From assembly GCA_964106645.2 (NCBI GenBank), contig OZ067048.1: 64,000 nucleotides of DNA; one strand, written 5' to 3'. Each line of letters starts with the position of its first letter. Positions within the stretch are counted from its first letter, which is position 1. The notes below the pieces were generated by a model. That model was not told the origin of the DNA, did no database searches, and saw only the letters and a list, made by a program, of their open reading frames with translations. Of the stretch, positions 61,509-64,000 are shown piece after piece. Position numbers and translations under genes: made by a program. Source of the DNA: Podarcis pityusensis. Lineage: Eukaryota.

Positions 61509-63685
61509 CTAAAAGATTTTTGAAAAATAAGTATTGTTATATCTAACTTCTCCCTTGCTTGCCTTTCTATGCTGATTCAAATAATACACACACACTTTCT
61601 TTTTTTTTAAAGGCTCTGTGACTGGCAAATTGGAATACTAACACAAAAAATACTTTATTTTCAGATATGGCAAAAATAGTTCTGAGGCAAGTGATTTCTT
61701 TTCAGCGGAATACGTATTCTGATGGCCAAGCGAATGCTTTGAAATTTTACAATAGCCTTCCACTGTTATTGCTGAAAAGAAATAACAGTTGAACATATGA
61801 ACTCTTTTGGAGCTACATCAAGTAAAGTTCGCCCTCCCCACCTGTTTTGTTTTAAACTTACAGGGCGAACAAAATATGTTGTGTTCATCAGTATTTTAAA
61901 AATCACCCTGTTGCTACAAAATCATTTCGTCATACAAGAGTAGGTATTTTACCCAATAATGGAAAAAATGCATGTGTTAAATAGAACTAAATAGGAAACA
62001 CAGCAAATACTTAAAAATACAATATAAAATGTGTTAATCAGGTATAACATCTGTGATGTGAAAATAATAGTATACAATGCAAAAATGAACTAGTGTTTTG
62101 CTAAATTGCTAAGGGGGGGAGAGACTGACTCTTAAAGCGAGTGGATAGAAGACGTTGCAGCAAAGTACTTCGACAGCATCTATTTTATTAAGTAAGACAG
62201 TGAACATCCACAAATATGAAATGTACTTATGAATGGACAATAGCTATAGCTAAGCCAGAAGAAATGATATCTCAGTGCAATAACAAGGAAAAAGCAAAGA
62301 CTAACATTTTCTAAAAATTCTATTTGCTATAACTACATTGAAACTTACCCATAATATATAAATCCCCTGATTATACTCTGCATTGAACACATTGTTCTTT
62401 TAATTTTTTTCTGGTATGCAATAAAACAGGTGCAGATACTACCATTTATTTTATATGATGAAGANNNNNNNNNNNNNNNNNNNNNNNNNNNNNNNNNNNN
62501 NNNNNNNNNNNNNNNNNNNNNNNNNNNNNNNNNNNNNNNNNNNNNNNNNNNNNNNNNNNNNNNNNNNNNNNNNNNNNNNNNNNNNNNNNNNNNNNNNNNN
62601 NNNNNNNNNNNNNNNNNNNNNNNNNNNNNNNNNNNNNNNNNNNNAACACACCATTCNNNNNNNNNNNNNNNNNNNNNNNNNNNNNNNNNNNNNNNNNNNN
62701 NNNNNNNNNNNNNNNNNNNNNNNNNNNNNNNNNNNNNNNNNNNNNNNNNNNNNNNNNNNNNNNNNNNNNNNNNNNNNNNNNNNNNNNNNNNNNNNNNNNN
62801 NNNNNNNNNNNNAAAGTGCCATGTCTTCGTCTGAAAGCAGTTGGTCAAATATGACCCATGAGCTGGAAAATACTTTGTAAAATAAAAATAAAATCCAAAT
62901 ATAACTTTTCTTCTTCTTGGGGATGTATATTCGTTTCTTTTCCTAGATGTGCAACTGGTAAATTGGTAGTGCATCATCAGCTACTATCATAATTTTATGT
63001 GGTAGTCTTCACTTTCTAACTTACTGCAAAAAGGGAGATAAAAAAAGCAACCCCACACAACTCTGAAAATTGCAGAGCATTAAAATCACAAATTGTTTGG
63101 TAGATAATTAACAGCTGATAAGCTTATTTCCCTGTTGACCACTTTTTTTTGCTTTTGACCAAAAAAAGGGGGGGATGGAGTGTTCAGAATATGTTGCACA
63201 CTGTTAAAAATAAATATTGCAAACTTTCCCCCACCAAAGTTTTAAATCTTTCATAAGTATCCTGCGAGAAGAAGCAGATTTCCTAAGTCAAGAGATCAAG
63301 CCAGAATCAACGACTAAGTATTACCAACCTCTTACTAATACATGTTTTATAAAATGTATGGAATTCAGATACAAAATCAGACACACTACATTTAAGTATG
63401 GGGCACCTACTGGAATGAGCTACATATCTTAACAGTCAGATATAAGCAACAATTAAGCTGATAGAATATATAAAAAATTAACCAATTATCTCTCAATATA
63501 TTCACAGTATGGTATTTCCTATCAGGCTGTTTGTTTCTTGTCTCTGTACCTCAACACAAAGTTTTAATGTAACTGGGAACAAGTCAGAAATAATTGGAAA
63601 CCAAAATGGTACAAATCCACTATTTGACTCAATTTAGTTGGAACTGTTGCTATTCTTTACCTTTAGCACAGTCCACAACTTCAAT

Positions 63686-63834
63686 GCTGAGATAGCTCAG
63701 TCAGTAGAGCATGAAACTCTTAATCTCAGGGTTGTGGGTTCGAGTCCTGTGTTGGGCAGAAGATTCCTGAATTGCAGGGGATTGGCCTACATGACCCTCG
63801 TACTCTCTTCTAACTCTACAATTCTATGATTCTA
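63686..63834 (+). mobile_element. tRNA(Lys)-derived SINE with CR1 3' tail
   Basis: gatagctcagtcagtagagcatgaaactcttaatctcagggttgtgggttcgagtcc head fused to the CR1 terminus ...ttctaactctacaattctatgattcta. Confidence 0.88.
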
Positions 63835-63954
63835 CGGGCAAAGCATTTCAGTTTTCAAAATTACAAGGCATGCTGGAATCGTGAAGGTAGTAAACTATGG
63901 GCCTGTGATACTCCCAGAAAAAACACAACCACCGAAGTGTACTTCGAAGTAGGC

Positions 63955-64000
63955 AAAAGGTAAAGGACCCCAGTCAAAGACAACTATGGGGTGCGGCACT
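63955..64000 (-). mobile_element. 3' end of a Sauria SINE / BovB-type element, cut by the window edge
   Basis: aaaaggtaaaggacccc...cagtcaaag.c.actatgggg.tgcggc matches the antisense (ACCTTT)n-ended Sauria SINE tail. Confidence 0.65.

Noticed and set aside
31237-62812. N runs as masked exons (two are flanked by minus-strand CAG)
   Set aside because: The other ends lack GT donors, no TCF4 coding exon is missing at these positions, and one gap replaces a SINE microsatellite tail. They look like ordinary assembly gaps, and ORFs spanning them are artefacts.
63686-63760. Apparent tRNA-Lys gene
   Set aside because: Stems are mutated, there is no oligo-T terminator, and it continues directly into a CR1-type tail; a second decayed copy is at 22187. 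It is a SINE head.
1-64000. CRISPR arrays, prokaryotic operons, known miRNA or rRNA genes
   Set aside because: The sequence is vertebrate intronic DNA. I recognised no regularly spaced repeat-spacer arrays and no known mature miRNA or rRNA sequences by eye.

Overview
Vertebrate genomic DNA from a squamate reptile, most likely a lacertid lizard (inferred from the SINE, L2, CR1 and hAT-MITE repertoire). The whole window lies inside TCF4 (E2-2/ITF2, class I bHLH E-protein), which is transcribed on the minus strand. Three coding exons are recognisable: two consecutive internal exons (61508-61379, 130 nt; 61210-61161, 50 nt) that together encode the bipartite NLS, and an internal alternative first exon (30713-30645) encoding the TCF4-A N-terminus MYCAYTIPGMGGNSLMYYYNGKA. 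These are exons 8, 9 and 10a in the human numbering used for TCF4 isoform work. The next common exon (VYAPSAST...) was not found and should lie beyond position 1. The rest is one large intron with many transposon fragments, microsatellites, seven N gaps and long transposon-poor blocks around the internal promoter and the exons. Nearly all ORFs in the supplied track are spurious. I see no new multi-gene system. The best leads are candidate extra internal promoters or first exons at about 24.1-24.4 kb, 27.1-27.25 kb and 29.56-30.3 kb, plus possible RNA-structure features. Comparisons with human TCF4 are from memory, not from an alignment.
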